Origin: a bacterium
GTDB lineage: Bacteria; Patescibacteriota; Patescibacteriia; UBA2196
NCBI GenBank assembly: GCA_035387885.1
Contig: DAOOOW010000001.1
Location: forward strand, 43,392-107,391
Reading direction: 5' to 3'
DNA: 64,000 bases
Numbering within the stretch: position 1 is the first letter of the stretch; every line of letters starts with the position of its first letter. Position numbers and translations under genes: made by a program. The notes under the pieces are model-generated. The model searched no databases and was not told where the DNA came from. It saw only the letters and a program-made list of their open reading frames with translations. Positions 28,450 to 38,316 of the stretch are shown here, piece after piece.

Positions 28450-31326
28450 ATGGCGCTAAAAAACAATAAAATTTCTCTTCTTAAAAATGATAAAATAATT
28501 TTAAAAGGTGTGCGCGTTAATAATTTAAAAAATATTAACGTGGAAATTCCTAAAAATAAATTTGTGGTTATCACTGGGCTGTCTGGATCTGGCAAGTCTT
28601 CTTTGGCTTTTGACACTATTTTTGCCGAGGGCCAAAGATTGTATTTAGAAAGTTTGTCGACTTATGCCAGACAGTTCGCCAACATTCAATCAAAGCCGGA
28701 TTTTGATTTTATTAGTGGTCTCTCGCCAGCTATTGCCATTGATCAAAAAAATATTGCCAACAATCCCCGTTCCACTGTGGCCACTATGACAGAAATTTAT
28801 GATCATTTGCGTTTACTCTATGCCCGAATCGGAAAAATTTATTGCCCTCACTGCGGCTCATTAATTCAAAAACAATCTGCAGAAAAAATTATTGAAAAAG
28901 TGGCTATGCTTTATGCTGATCAAGACATATATTTATTAGCTCCGGTCATTAAAAATAAAATTGGTCTTAACAAAAAAATTCTTAACGAAATTGCTACGGC
29001 CGGTTTTAAAAAAATACGTCTTAATAATGAATTTATTTTTTTAACAGGTAATGACGATCTGCGTTTTAATGAACAAGAAAAAAATACTCTAGAAATTCTA
29101 GTTAGTGAACTTAGAGCGCCAAAAAAAATTAATTTAATCAGACAAAATTTAGCTCCACAAAAAAATAATTGGCAAGACGATAGTCTTAATAGCAACTTTA
29201 TCAAAAATGTTAAATTAAGTTTGGATCTGGGCAATGGTTTTATCAATATCTACAATCCTAAAAATAAAAAAGAAAATTTATTTTCTGAATTTTTAGCTTG
29301 TCCTAAATGCGATTTTACTTTAAGTGAAATTGAACCGCGTCTTTTTTCTTTTAATTCTCCATATGGTGCTTGCGAAAATTGCGCTGGCCTCGGAGTTAAA
29401 GAAGAATTTGATCCAAATTTAATCATTCCTAACAAAAAATTAACCTTGCTTCAAGGCGCCATCAGACCATTCGTCAGATCCTTGGCCAAGAATCAAAATA
29501 AGTTTATTGAAGAATTAAAAAAGGTGGCTGAAAAAAATAATTTTAACCTCAACACTCCTTTAACAAATTTTACTAAAAAACAATTAGAAATTTTATTATA
29601 TGGCAAAGAAGATTTTGAAGGCGTTATAAAAAATCTGCACAAAAAATATTTGGAAAGTGATTCTGATTATCTTAAGAGTGAATTTACTAAATATATGCGT
29701 GTTTTTACTTGCCCAACTTGCGCTGGTAAAAGACTTAACAAAACCGCTTTGGCTGTTAAAGTAGCAGGAAAATCCATTGCCGAAATTACGGCCCAAAACA
29801 TTGCCAATTCTTTAGAATTTTTTCAAAAACTACCCAAACTTTTAAGTGCAGAAGAAAATGTTATTGCCGAGCAAATTGTTAAAGAAATTAACAAGCGTTT
29901 AGAATTTTTGCAAGAAGTTGGTTTGGAATACTTAACTTTAAACCGATCAGCTCAAACTCTTTCTGGAGGTGAAGCCCAAAGAATAAAATTAGCCACCCAA
30001 ACCAGCGCTGGCTTAACTGGTATTATTTATATTCTGGACGAACCTTCTATTGGTTTACATCCCAAAGATAATGCCAAACTTATTCAAACACTTAAAGCCA
30101 TGCGCGATCTTGGTAATTCTATTCTAGTGGTCGAACATGACAAAGAAACCATGCTACTGGCTGACTATATTTTAGACATTGGGCCAGGCGCTGGTAAATA
30201 TGGTGGTGAAGTGGTGGCCGTGGGCACACCTGAAGAAATCAAAAAAAATAAAAATTCTTTAACTGGTGCGTACTTGGCCAATAAAAATATTATCTCTTTT
30301 AAGACTAGACCAATCTTAAAAAATAAAAAAGAAAAAATTTTAATCATAAAAAAAGCAGCTGAATTTAATTTAAAAAATATTGATGTTAAAATACCTTTAG
30401 GCCAACTGGTTTGTTTAACCGGGGTATCTGGTTCTGGAAAATCAACTTTGGTGACCGAAATTTTAAGCAAAGCTCTGGCTCATCATTTTTATCAAAGTAA
30501 AGATTTACCCGGCAAACATGAAAAAATAATTGGCTTAGAATATCTTGATAAAATAATTGCTGTCGATCAAGACCCAATTGGACGCACGCCACGCTCCAAT
30601 CCGGCCACCTATACTGGAGTTTTTACAGCCATCAGAGAAATTTTTGCCACAACTAACGAAGCTAAAATTAAAAGATTTGATGTGGGTAGTTTTTCTTTTA
30701 ATGTGGTTGGTGGCCGTTGTGAAACTTGCGGTGGTGATGGTTATAAAAAAATAGAAATGAATTTTTTGCCAGATGTTTTTGTAAAATGTGAAGACTGCGC
30801 TGGTAAAAGATTTCGTCAGGAAATTTTAGCTATTCATTATAAAAATAAAAATATTGCCGATGTTTTAGCCATGACAGTTAGTGAAGCTATGGATTTTTTT
30901 GCCGAAACACCGACTATTTACCAAAAATTAAAAGTACTTTTTGAAGTTGGTTTAGAATATTTAACTTTAGGCCAACCGGCCAATACTCTTTCTGGAGGTG
31001 AAGCCCAAAGAATAAAATTAGCCACCGAATTAATGCGTCGTTCCACTGGCAAAACTCTTTATATTTTGGACGAACCGACCACTGGTTTACATTTTGAAGA
31101 TATTAAAAAATTATTACATGTTTTATATAAATTAGTAGCCACTGGCAATACGGTTTTAGTAGTGGAACACAATTTGGATGTTATAAAAAATGCCGACTGG
31201 GTGATTGATTTAGGACCAGAAGGTGGTGACAAAGGTGGTTATATTGTGGCCGAAGGCACGCCTGAAGAAATTGCTAACAATAAAAAAAGTTGGACTGGAA
31301 AATATTTAAAAAAAGTATTGAAATAA
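28450..31326 (+). CDS. uvrA: Excinuclease ABC subunit A
   Basis: Two ABC ATPase modules ([26 protein letters not shown] x2) and Zn fingers. Confidence 0.97.
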   Translation: MALKNNKISLLKNDKIILKGVRVNNLKNINVEIPKNKFVVITGLSGSGKSSLAFDTIFAEGQRLYLESLSTYARQFANIQSKPDFDFISGLSPAIAIDQKNIANNPRSTVATMTEIYDHLRLLYARIGKIYCPHCGSLIQKQSAEKIIEKVAMLYADQDIYLLAPVIKNKIGLNKKILNEIATAGFKKIRLNNEFIFLTGNDDLRFNEQEKNTLEILVSELRAPKKINLIRQNLAPQKNNWQDDSLNSNFIKNVKLSLDLGNGFINIYNPKNKKENLFSEFLACPKCDFTLSEIEPRLFSFNSPYGACENCAGLGVKEEFDPNLIIPNKKLTLLQGAIRPFVRSLAKNQNKFIEELKKVAEKNNFNLNTPLTNFTKKQLEILLYGKEDFEGVIKNLHKKYLESDSDYLKSEFTKYMRVFTCPTCAGKRLNKTALAVKVAGKSIAEITAQNIANSLEFFQKLPKLLSAEENVIAEQIVKEINKRLEFLQEVGLEYLTLNRSAQTLSGGEAQRIKLATQTSAGLTGIIYILDEPSIGLHPKDNAKLIQTLKAMRDLGNSILVVEHDKETMLLADYILDIGPGAGKYGGEVVAVGTPEEIKKNKNSLTGAYLANKNIISFKTRPILKNKKEKILIIKKAAEFNLKNIDVKIPLGQLVCLTGVSGSGKSTLVTEILSKALAHHFYQSKDLPGKHEKIIGLEYLDKIIAVDQDPIGRTPRSNPATYTGVFTAIREIFATTNEAKIKRFDVGSFSFNVVGGRCETCGGDGYKKIEMNFLPDVFVKCEDCAGKRFRQEILAIHYKNKNIADVLAMTVSEAMDFFAETPTIYQKLKVLFEVGLEYLTLGQPANTLSGGEAQRIKLATELMRRSTGKTLYILDEPTTGLHFEDIKKLLHVLYKLVATGNTVLVVEHNLDVIKNADWVIDLGPEGGDKGGYIVAEGTPEEIANNKKSWTGKYLKKVLK

Positions 31327-31385
31327 AAAAAATAAAATAAATTTTAATTTGATTATTTTAAATTTTATGTTAAAATTTTATTAAT

Positions 31386-31459
31386 GCGCCCGTAGCTCAA
31401 CTGGATAGAGCGCTTGGCTTCGGACCAAGAGGTTGAGGGTTCGAATCCTTCCGAGCGCA
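31386..31459 (+). tRNA. tRNA-Arg(TCG)
   Basis: CTTGG-CTTCGGA-CCAAG anticodon arm. Confidence 0.93.
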
Positions 31460-31474
31460 TTTTAAAAAAATAAC

Positions 31475-31547
31475 GCCTCGTTAGCTCAGTTGGTAGAGCA
31501 AGTGCCTCTTAAGCACGTGGTCGTAGGTTCGAATCCTACACGGGGCA
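31475..31547 (+). tRNA. tRNA-Lys(CTT)
   Basis: GTGC-CTCTTAA-GCAC anticodon arm. Confidence 0.93.
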
Positions 31548-31592
31548 ATTAAAAAATCCTATTTCTTTAATAGGATTTTTTATTTTATTCTA

Positions 31593-32627
31593 TTATATTT
31601 TACCATCGGCCATATATAAATTAGCAACCTCTTTAGTAATTAAGCCTTCTTCCACTTTCTTTTCCAAATCTTGATCTAAAGACATCATTCCAACATCAGC
31701 CGAAGTTTGCATAACGGTTCTTAATTGATTAGTTTTACCTTCTCTGATTAAATTGGCAACAGCTGAATCATTAATTAAAATTTCTCTCACCGCTAAACGA
31801 TTGCCGCTTTTACCAATTATTAATTGTTGTGAAATAACCCCATTTAAAACCATAGCCAATTGGACTTTAATTTGATCTTGTTGATGTGGCGGGAAGACAT
31901 CAATAATACGATCTATGGATTGGGCCGCACTATTAGTGTGCAAAGTAGATAAAACTAAATGTCCTGTTTCAGCTAAAGTCAAAGTAGCCGCAATGCTTTC
32001 CAAATCGCGCATTTCCCCAACCATAATTACATTAGGGTCTTGGCGAACAACATGTTTTAAGCCTTCAGCAAAAGAAACAGTGTCTATTTCAACCTGACGT
32101 TGTTTAATAATGGATTTAATAGGTGTAAAAACAAATTCAATTGGATCTTCCAAAGTTACAATATGCGCTGATCTTTCTTTATTAATTAAATCAATCATAG
32201 CCGCTAAACTAGTTGATTTACCGCAACCAGTTGGACCAGTTAATAAAATTAAACCCTGTTTCCTGCGAGTTAATTCAAAAACAACTTCTGGTAAACCCAA
32301 CTCTTCCATAGAAGGAATTTGAGAAGGTATGATACGGGCTACTAATCCTAAATAGCCTTTTTCAAAATGACAATTAACCCTGAAACGGGTTTTATCCACT
32401 GTCTCTTCAGAAAAATCTAATTCTCTAATATTAATTAATCTTTCCTTTTGTACGGGCGTTAAAATTTCATAAATTAAATTTTCCACTGCTTTAGCATTTA
32501 ATTCTGGCACGCCTTTAACTGCTTTTAATTCACCATTAACACGAAAAATTGGCGGCTTGCCAACAATAATATGCACATCAGAGGCTCCTTTATTAGCTGC
32601 TTCTTGAAAAATTTCTTTAAGATTCAT
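31593..32627 (-). CDS. pilT: Type IV pilus retraction ATPase PilT
   Basis: GPTGCGKSTS, TLEDPIE, RQDPNVIMVGEMRD, AETGHLV. Confidence 0.92.
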   Translation of the reverse strand: MNLKEIFQEAANKGASDVHIIVGKPPIFRVNGELKAVKGVPELNAKAVENLIYEILTPVQKERLINIRELDFSEETVDKTRFRVNCHFEKGYLGLVARIIPSQIPSMEELGLPEVVFELTRRKQGLILLTGPTGCGKSTSLAAMIDLINKERSAHIVTLEDPIEFVFTPIKSIIKQRQVEIDTVSFAEGLKHVVRQDPNVIMVGEMRDLESIAATLTLAETGHLVLSTLHTNSAAQSIDRIIDVFPPHQQDQIKVQLAMVLNGVISQQLIIGKSGNRLAVREILINDSAVANLIREGKTNQLRTVMQTSADVGMMSLDQDLEKKVEEGLITKEVANLYMADGKI

Positions 32628-32680
32628 AATTTATTTTTTATTTTAATTTAAAATTTTTATTTTTATTATGGTAATTTCAC

Positions 32681-33670
32681 CTATTGCCCACCGCAATAGT
32701 CCGACACACTTGCATGATAATGTGGATTAACGTCTTTTCTGTTGGTTTCATCTCTAAAGGTACATCCTGCTTTTTCTACCAACTGTTTCAAAAGAGCGGC
32801 TTGATCTGCAGATTGAAAATATTGGCTCCTAATATCTACCGCATATGACTGTGGTGGTGTAGTTGGCGTAGAGCCACCATAGTGACATGAATTTTTAGCA
32901 TGTGCACATTTTGGATCAGTCCAAGCTGCACCACTACAATTTTCTATCCCAGCAGAATCACTAATAGAAGTGATATAAATATCTGAGGATTTTAAAACCA
33001 TACCACCGGCGCCAGCATCTAGAGTATCTTTCATACAGGTAAGCGCCCTTTGGAGTGCGGGAGAAACATCCTTTGCCTGATCATGCCTTCCGTTAGGAAA
33101 TGGATTAACACCTCCTGAATAATCTGTAACTGCTCTTGTGCACGAAGCTATGGCAGAAACAGGTAACAAAACTGCAGTACTCGTTTCCCACCCCCCGCCA
33201 TTACCAGAATTGGTAACTTCTACATCTCTCCAAATAATATCGCCTGCGGTTGGTTTTTTCTCACAAGTAAATGTTTGCCATGATTGTTTAAAAACGGTCG
33301 ACACACCTTTACCAGTTTGTTTGCCGTCTGTCAAAGTATAGATTAAATAATTCACTCCAGCCCAAGCAATATAGATAACAAACATGCCAATTACTGCATT
33401 AATCATAATTTTGGTGGCACTAGATATTTTAGCAGAATTACCTTTACTAGTAATTAAAGTCAAGCCAGCATATAAGAACATAAGCAAGGCGGCCACTCCA
33501 GAAAGACCAATAATATAATTGGCAATTTTGGTAACCAAATTTAAGGCATCACAAAAACCGCAATTACCTGTGGCATAACAGTCCATTACCAAACTGGCCC
33601 CTTGAGCTATAAAGGGAATTAACAAAATGCTTAAAGAAAAAATTAAAATTTTAGATTTATTTTTCAACAT
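32681..33670 (-). CDS. Pilin-like N-domain fused to a putative M15/LAS-type metallopeptidase domain
   Basis: LYAGLTLITSKGNSAKISSATKIM pilin pattern; C-terminal SCHY...AVD...HYH motif. Confidence 0.65.
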   Translation of the reverse strand: MLKNKSKILIFSLSILLIPFIAQGASLVMDCYATGNCGFCDALNLVTKIANYIIGLSGVAALLMFLYAGLTLITSKGNSAKISSATKIMINAVIGMFVIYIAWAGVNYLIYTLTDGKQTGKGVSTVFKQSWQTFTCEKKPTAGDIIWRDVEVTNSGNGGGWETSTAVLLPVSAIASCTRAVTDYSGGVNPFPNGRHDQAKDVSPALQRALTCMKDTLDAGAGGMVLKSSDIYITSISDSAGIENCSGAAWTDPKCAHAKNSCHYGGSTPTTPPQSYAVDIRSQYFQSADQAALLKQLVEKAGCTFRDETNRKDVNPHYHASVSDYCGGQ

Positions 33671-33822
33671 AGATTAATTATAACAAAAAATAAAAATAAA
33701 AACAAAATTATTAACTAATTTAAAAAACCGCTTTGCAGCAAAACGGTCTTTGGTGTAGCAAAATTAAGAAAAATGTTCACGTTCTTAACATACCTAAAAA
33801 CTTTTTAAAAATAAAAAGAACC

Positions 33823-34581
33823 TTATTTAGTCCCCAAAACAGTTGCTTTGCAACGATTAATTATATAATCATCTTCTGGATAAGGCAAAGAGCAAATACT
33901 GACATCTTTTTTTACGAGCGCAAAAGCTGTATAACAATCAGACTTGTTATACATGCTATCAGTACTAACACTATCACAGATTTTTAAATCATTGTTTATA
34001 ATGGCTAATTTTGTGTAACAAGTTGTTTGATAATAGTAATTACCAGGGTAGATAAGCATATCACAGATGCTTAAGGAATTGTTTTTAATTGCCAGTTGTA
34101 GATAACAATCTGTATCACTTAAGCCAGCTTTGCTACAAAGTTTTGCATCATTATTTTTAATTGCCAACTTAAAATAACAATCATCTCTGTCGCCATTATT
34201 ATCAGTGGCCACCTGACAGACAGAACTACTCGGAAATATTTTAAAAACCATTAATGAATGTCTTAGAGTAAAAGGATAAATTAAAATTAATAATAATATA
34301 ATAACAATAAAACTAATAAATACTTTTTTGTTATTAGACAATATTTTTCTTTGCACTCTTGCTAATATTGAACCTATAAACCAATTTAATATAATTGTAA
34401 TTGGCCAAGCAAAGATTGCCGCAATTGGGGCCGTATAAAAAATAATAAAAGGAAAACTTATAAATCCGCCAGTATAGACAAGTGAAGATAAATAAACAAA
34501 AAACAAAGTTAAAATTATAATATAAATAAGCACTTCTTTAAAGGGCAGAAATAATTTTTTTAAGAAAATTTTAGAATTCAT
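33823..34581 (-). CDS. Membrane protein with four Cys-rich repeats
   Basis: TM helices followed by (D/T)CY..(L/F)A......C repeated four times. Confidence 0.7.
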   Translation of the reverse strand: MNSKIFLKKLFLPFKEVLIYIIILTLFFVYLSSLVYTGGFISFPFIIFYTAPIAAIFAWPITIILNWFIGSILARVQRKILSNNKKVFISFIVIILLLILIYPFTLRHSLMVFKIFPSSSVCQVATDNNGDRDDCYFKLAIKNNDAKLCSKAGLSDTDCYLQLAIKNNSLSICDMLIYPGNYYYQTTCYTKLAIINNDLKICDSVSTDSMYNKSDCYTAFALVKKDVSICSLPYPEDDYIINRCKATVLGTK

Positions 34582-34711
34582 ATACCAATATTATAACAAT
34601 TAGAAAAAGACTTGTCTAAAAAATAAAAATGTCTTTTAATAAAAAGCACCTCTCGTTTCTGAGAGATGTTTTTCCCTTTAGCCTCGAACTAAAAAGTTCA
34701 GCACTAAAGAC

Positions 34712-34788
34712 TGGGTGAGTGATGGGACTTGAACCCACAACCGCTAGATCCACAATCTAGTGCTCTAACCAATTGAGCTACACTCACC
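34712..34788 (-). tRNA. tRNA-His(GTG)
   Basis: G-1, CTAGA-TTGTGGA-TCTAG anticodon arm. Confidence 0.95.
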
Positions 34789-34800
34789 ATAATAAATTAT

Positions 34801-35243
34801 TTAAATTATAATTCTCCTAGCATAACCAAAATCAATGCCTAACTTTTTGCCAATTTGTCTATAAGTTTTGCCTTTGTCTCTTAATTGTTTTGTTTTTTTG
34901 ATATTATTTTTTTTTCGCAATCTTTTTTCTTTTTGTTTCTTCACTAGTTCATATAACTCTGGCATTATCTTAATAGCTAAACTTTTTTTGACTATTAAAT
35001 AAGGTAAAACTTTTATTAAAAAAAATATGAACATCTTTTGGGCTGGCTATATAATAAACCCAACAATCTTTCCAGTGTGGTTTTCTTTTTGTAATTTCCA
35101 TAACACCCCCCCAATTGAATAAATTTTTTGATCTCTTCCAGCACTTCCTTGTTTGTTTGAACAATAGTAATTCTAAAACCACTACCATTTTTAGTGATGG
35201 AACCTTCACCGTCAAAAAATCCGGCTACATAATTCCATGTCAT
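34801..35243 (-). pseudogene. Free-standing LAGLIDADG endonuclease with C-terminal HTH, split by two homopolymer frameshifts
   Basis: YVAGFFDGEGS; G7 (35106-35112) and T8 (35018-35025) each carry one extra base; LPYLIVKK and GKTYRQIGKKLG in the last frame. Confidence 0.8.
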
Positions 35244-35258
35244 AAAGGGTATTTTTTA

Positions 35259-35495
35259 TTATTTTTTATCCCCACAACAACACTTTTCATCAGCGCAACA
35301 CTTACCATTGGTTACTAGCAAATAAATAATTTCTGGTAGGCCAAGCAAATTAACAATTAAAAAAATCACAAACCAACTTTTTTCACCTCTTTGAGAAGCT
35401 CGCCACAAAGCCAAACCTTTCCAAACTAAACTCCAAGCTAAAATTAATAATAAAAGTGGTTGATTGTTTAATAATTGAGTCATTGTTTGTTCCAT
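35259..35495 (-). CDS. Small membrane protein (DUF5652-like)
   Basis: WSLVWKGLALWRAS...WFVIFLIVNLLGLPEIIY. Confidence 0.8.
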   Translation of the reverse strand: MEQTMTQLLNNQPLLLLILAWSLVWKGLALWRASQRGEKSWFVIFLIVNLLGLPEIIYLLVTNGKCCADEKCCCGDKK

Positions 35496-35602
35496 AAAAT
35501 TTAAGATTAATATTTTTAAACTAAACTTATTCTATCATAACTATAAAATATTTCAAGTAAAAAGCCCCGCTAATTGCGAGGCTTAAATTTTGCCTTAAAT
35601 TG

Positions 35603-36091
35603 TTATTTTAAATACATTTCTTTGCATTTTTTAATAATCGGTGCCACATTGGGCGCGCAATCTTTTGGCAAATTATCAATATCAAACCAAGCCATGGCTT
35701 TAATTTCTTCTCCTTGAACTGGCTCTTGATCTATTTCAACATAATAGTGAATTAATAAAATTACCTGCGGTTTTTCTGCGCCAGACTCTGGAATTTCTTG
35801 CCATAAAACCACATCACCCAAAGGCCCAATAATTTTTACTTCCACACCAATTTCTTCTTTGGCTTCTCGCACAGCATTTTCTTCTAAACCAGAATTCTTA
35901 ATTAACTTTCCACCACAAAATTTCCATTTTAATTCGGCAACTGGTTTATCGCCATGTTTAACTAAAAGAGTTTTTAAAACTCCATCACGTTTTTGTACGA
36001 TCACTGGGCCAGAGGCAATCATGGTTTGGAAAACACCAATTTCACCAGCTTTAACTTCATTAATTGAATTTGTCTGTTTTTGGTCTGACAT
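35603..36091 (-). CDS. NUDIX hydrolase
   Basis: GG......LEENAVREAKEEIG Nudix box. Confidence 0.88.
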   Translation of the reverse strand: MSDQKQTNSINEVKAGEIGVFQTMIASGPVIVQKRDGVLKTLLVKHGDKPVAELKWKFCGGKLIKNSGLEENAVREAKEEIGVEVKIIGPLGDVVLWQEIPESGAEKPQVILLIHYYVEIDQEPVQGEEIKAMAWFDIDNLPKDCAPNVAPIIKKCKEMYLK

Positions 36092-36116
36092 AAATTTATT
36101 TCTCCTTTTTTAAATT

Positions 36117-37751
36117 TTATTTTAATTTTTTAATTAGATATGTTTGTCTTAATTCTGTGTAGCCAAGTTTTTTATAATATTCTCTGACACCAATGCCAGC
36201 AATGACAGCTATTTCTTGAAAACCATTTTTCTGGGCAATTTTTTCTGCCTCAATTAAAAGCTTTTTGCCCAAACCTTTGTGCTGACTTGATAATTTTATT
36301 TTACTACCAATGGGGGTCAGTTGTCCATAGGAATGCAGTTCACGAATAATAGCGATTTTATCCGCCTGCACTCCTAATGATCCATTTTTTGCTCCGGCGG
36401 ATAAATTTATACTTTTAGGCAAGCGTAATCTACAGAAGGCGTACAAAATTTTTCTATCTTCTGATTCCATACTCAAAAAATATTCTGTACCACCATTAGC
36501 GTTATATTTTTCTATAAACATTTTGGTTCCCATTTTTTGCCTTTTACCTTTTGCCTTTTGCCTTTCTATTTGGTGTCCTACCTCCCTACATCTTATACAT
36601 TTACATTCTACTTTCAATAAATGTCTGAGGTTAGTAATTTTGTTACCGGCCGCGATAGATTCTTCAGGAATATCGCGAATAACTCGAATAATGCGCACAT
36701 AATAAGGAATTATTTTTTTAATTTTTATCAAAAGCATGGTTAATTTCTTAGTAGTATAGGGTTTATATTGGCCTTTTTTCCACCAATTATATAATTCAGC
36801 ATATTCATTAACCACACAAGGATAAATTTTAATTTGATCTGGTTGAAAATTATAATCTGAAAAAAGTTTTTTAAACATTAAAAAATCTTTATCCGGATTA
36901 GAACCCGGCAAATTAAGCATTAAATGATAAGTAATTTTAAAACCTAAATCGCGTAGGATTTTAGTAGCTTTAATAGTTTCTTTCACACCATGCCCACGTT
37001 TATTTAATTTTAAAATCTGGTCATCAATATGTTGCACACCTAATTCCACCCGCGTGCAACCAAGTTCGCGCATGGCCCAAGCAGATTTTTCTGTAATATA
37101 ATCTGGCCGAGTTTCCAAAGTTAAACCCACAATTCGATGTTTAGCTGTTTCGTTTTTCTTTTGTTCTGTATATAAATCGTCCCAAGTTATTTTATTAACA
37201 AGTTTTGATATTTTATTTTTTTTATAATTATTAGCAGCCAAAAAACAATTATAAACAAAACATAAGCGATATTTTTCTGGCAAATAGTCCCAAGTACCGC
37301 CCATAATAATTAATTCTATTTTATCAGTCTCGTGGCCGTTATTTTCCAAAGCTCTAATTCTTAAGGCCACTTGTTTAAAAGGATCAAATTGACACAAAAC
37401 CGCGCGCATGACGGCTGGTTCATTGGAAAGATAACTTTTGGGCATGTTCTTTTCGGTTGGACAATACACACAATTGCCTGGACATTTATATGGTTTGATT
37501 AAAACTGCCACCGGCGCCACACCAGAAAGTGTGCGAATGTGACGTTTTTTAAAAAGTTCTTCCAAATTTTTATCTGATTTTATTTTTTTACTTTTTACTA
37601 ATCCACGATATGCTTTTAACAGTTCTGCATTGGTTAATAAATTGGTTTTATTTTGCTTGGCAAATTTTCTTTTGAGCACAGCTAATTCGGCCTCATTTTT
37701 CGGAAGTTTAGTAAATATTTTTTTGATATTTTTGTTATACTCTTGAAACAT
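36117..37751 (-). CDS. Elp3-family radical SAM/GNAT tRNA U34 carboxymethyltransferase
   Basis: RTLSGVAPV, CPGNCVYC, ETRPD, VELGVQ, KIYP, RELHSYG, QHKGLGKKLL, GVREYYKKLGY. Confidence 0.93.
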   Translation of the reverse strand: MFQEYNKNIKKIFTKLPKNEAELAVLKRKFAKQNKTNLLTNAELLKAYRGLVKSKKIKSDKNLEELFKKRHIRTLSGVAPVAVLIKPYKCPGNCVYCPTEKNMPKSYLSNEPAVMRAVLCQFDPFKQVALRIRALENNGHETDKIELIIMGGTWDYLPEKYRLCFVYNCFLAANNYKKNKISKLVNKITWDDLYTEQKKNETAKHRIVGLTLETRPDYITEKSAWAMRELGCTRVELGVQHIDDQILKLNKRGHGVKETIKATKILRDLGFKITYHLMLNLPGSNPDKDFLMFKKLFSDYNFQPDQIKIYPCVVNEYAELYNWWKKGQYKPYTTKKLTMLLIKIKKIIPYYVRIIRVIRDIPEESIAAGNKITNLRHLLKVECKCIRCREVGHQIERQKAKGKRQKMGTKMFIEKYNANGGTEYFLSMESEDRKILYAFCRLRLPKSINLSAGAKNGSLGVQADKIAIIRELHSYGQLTPIGSKIKLSSQHKGLGKKLLIEAEKIAQKNGFQEIAVIAGIGVREYYKKLGYTELRQTYLIKKLK

Positions 37752-38008
37752 AACCCATGTTTGTCATCCCGACCGCAGTCCCGAGGATACGGGACGTAGT
37801 GGAGGGATCTATATTTTTATTAATTTTAGATTCCCTGCCTACCGGACAGGCAGGCTCCATTCCTAACGACTAAAAAAGCCAGTCGGAATGACAAAAAAAT
37901 ATTTTTTAAAAAAACAGAGCGGAAATTTGTCTCCGCTCCAATATATTTCTCTATCACTTGAACCATATTTCTATTCCAATAAGGCCTAACAAAAATCTTT
38001 CTGATTTT

Positions 38009-38209
38009 TTATTTAAACGGAGGGCTTTGACGTATAGCTTCATCTACACCAATTTCAATTTTATGTTTTTGAGCCACGGCCTCATAAATACTTCTACACC
38101 GGCTACAATATTCTAAATGTTGTCTTAACTCTTTAAATTTAGAAGAAAATTTATTTCTAGATAAAACAAAAGACTCTATAAACCTTTTTGAATAGACCTC
38201 CCATTTCAT
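38009..38209 (-). CDS. Hypothetical small protein (HxxxCxxC, zf-HC2-like)
   Basis: SD AGGAGG; HLEYCSRC. Confidence 0.55.
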   Translation of the reverse strand: MKWEVYSKRFIESFVLSRNKFSSKFKELRQHLEYCSRCRSIYEAVAQKHKIEIGVDEAIRQSPPFK

Positions 38210-38316
38210 CAGGGCCTCCTATATCTAAAGTAAATTTTGTTTACTCTAAAAATATCATGAAATTGTTTTTTTATCAAGTCCTTTATATTTTCTAGCAAGT
38301 GTGTTAAATTTGTTTT

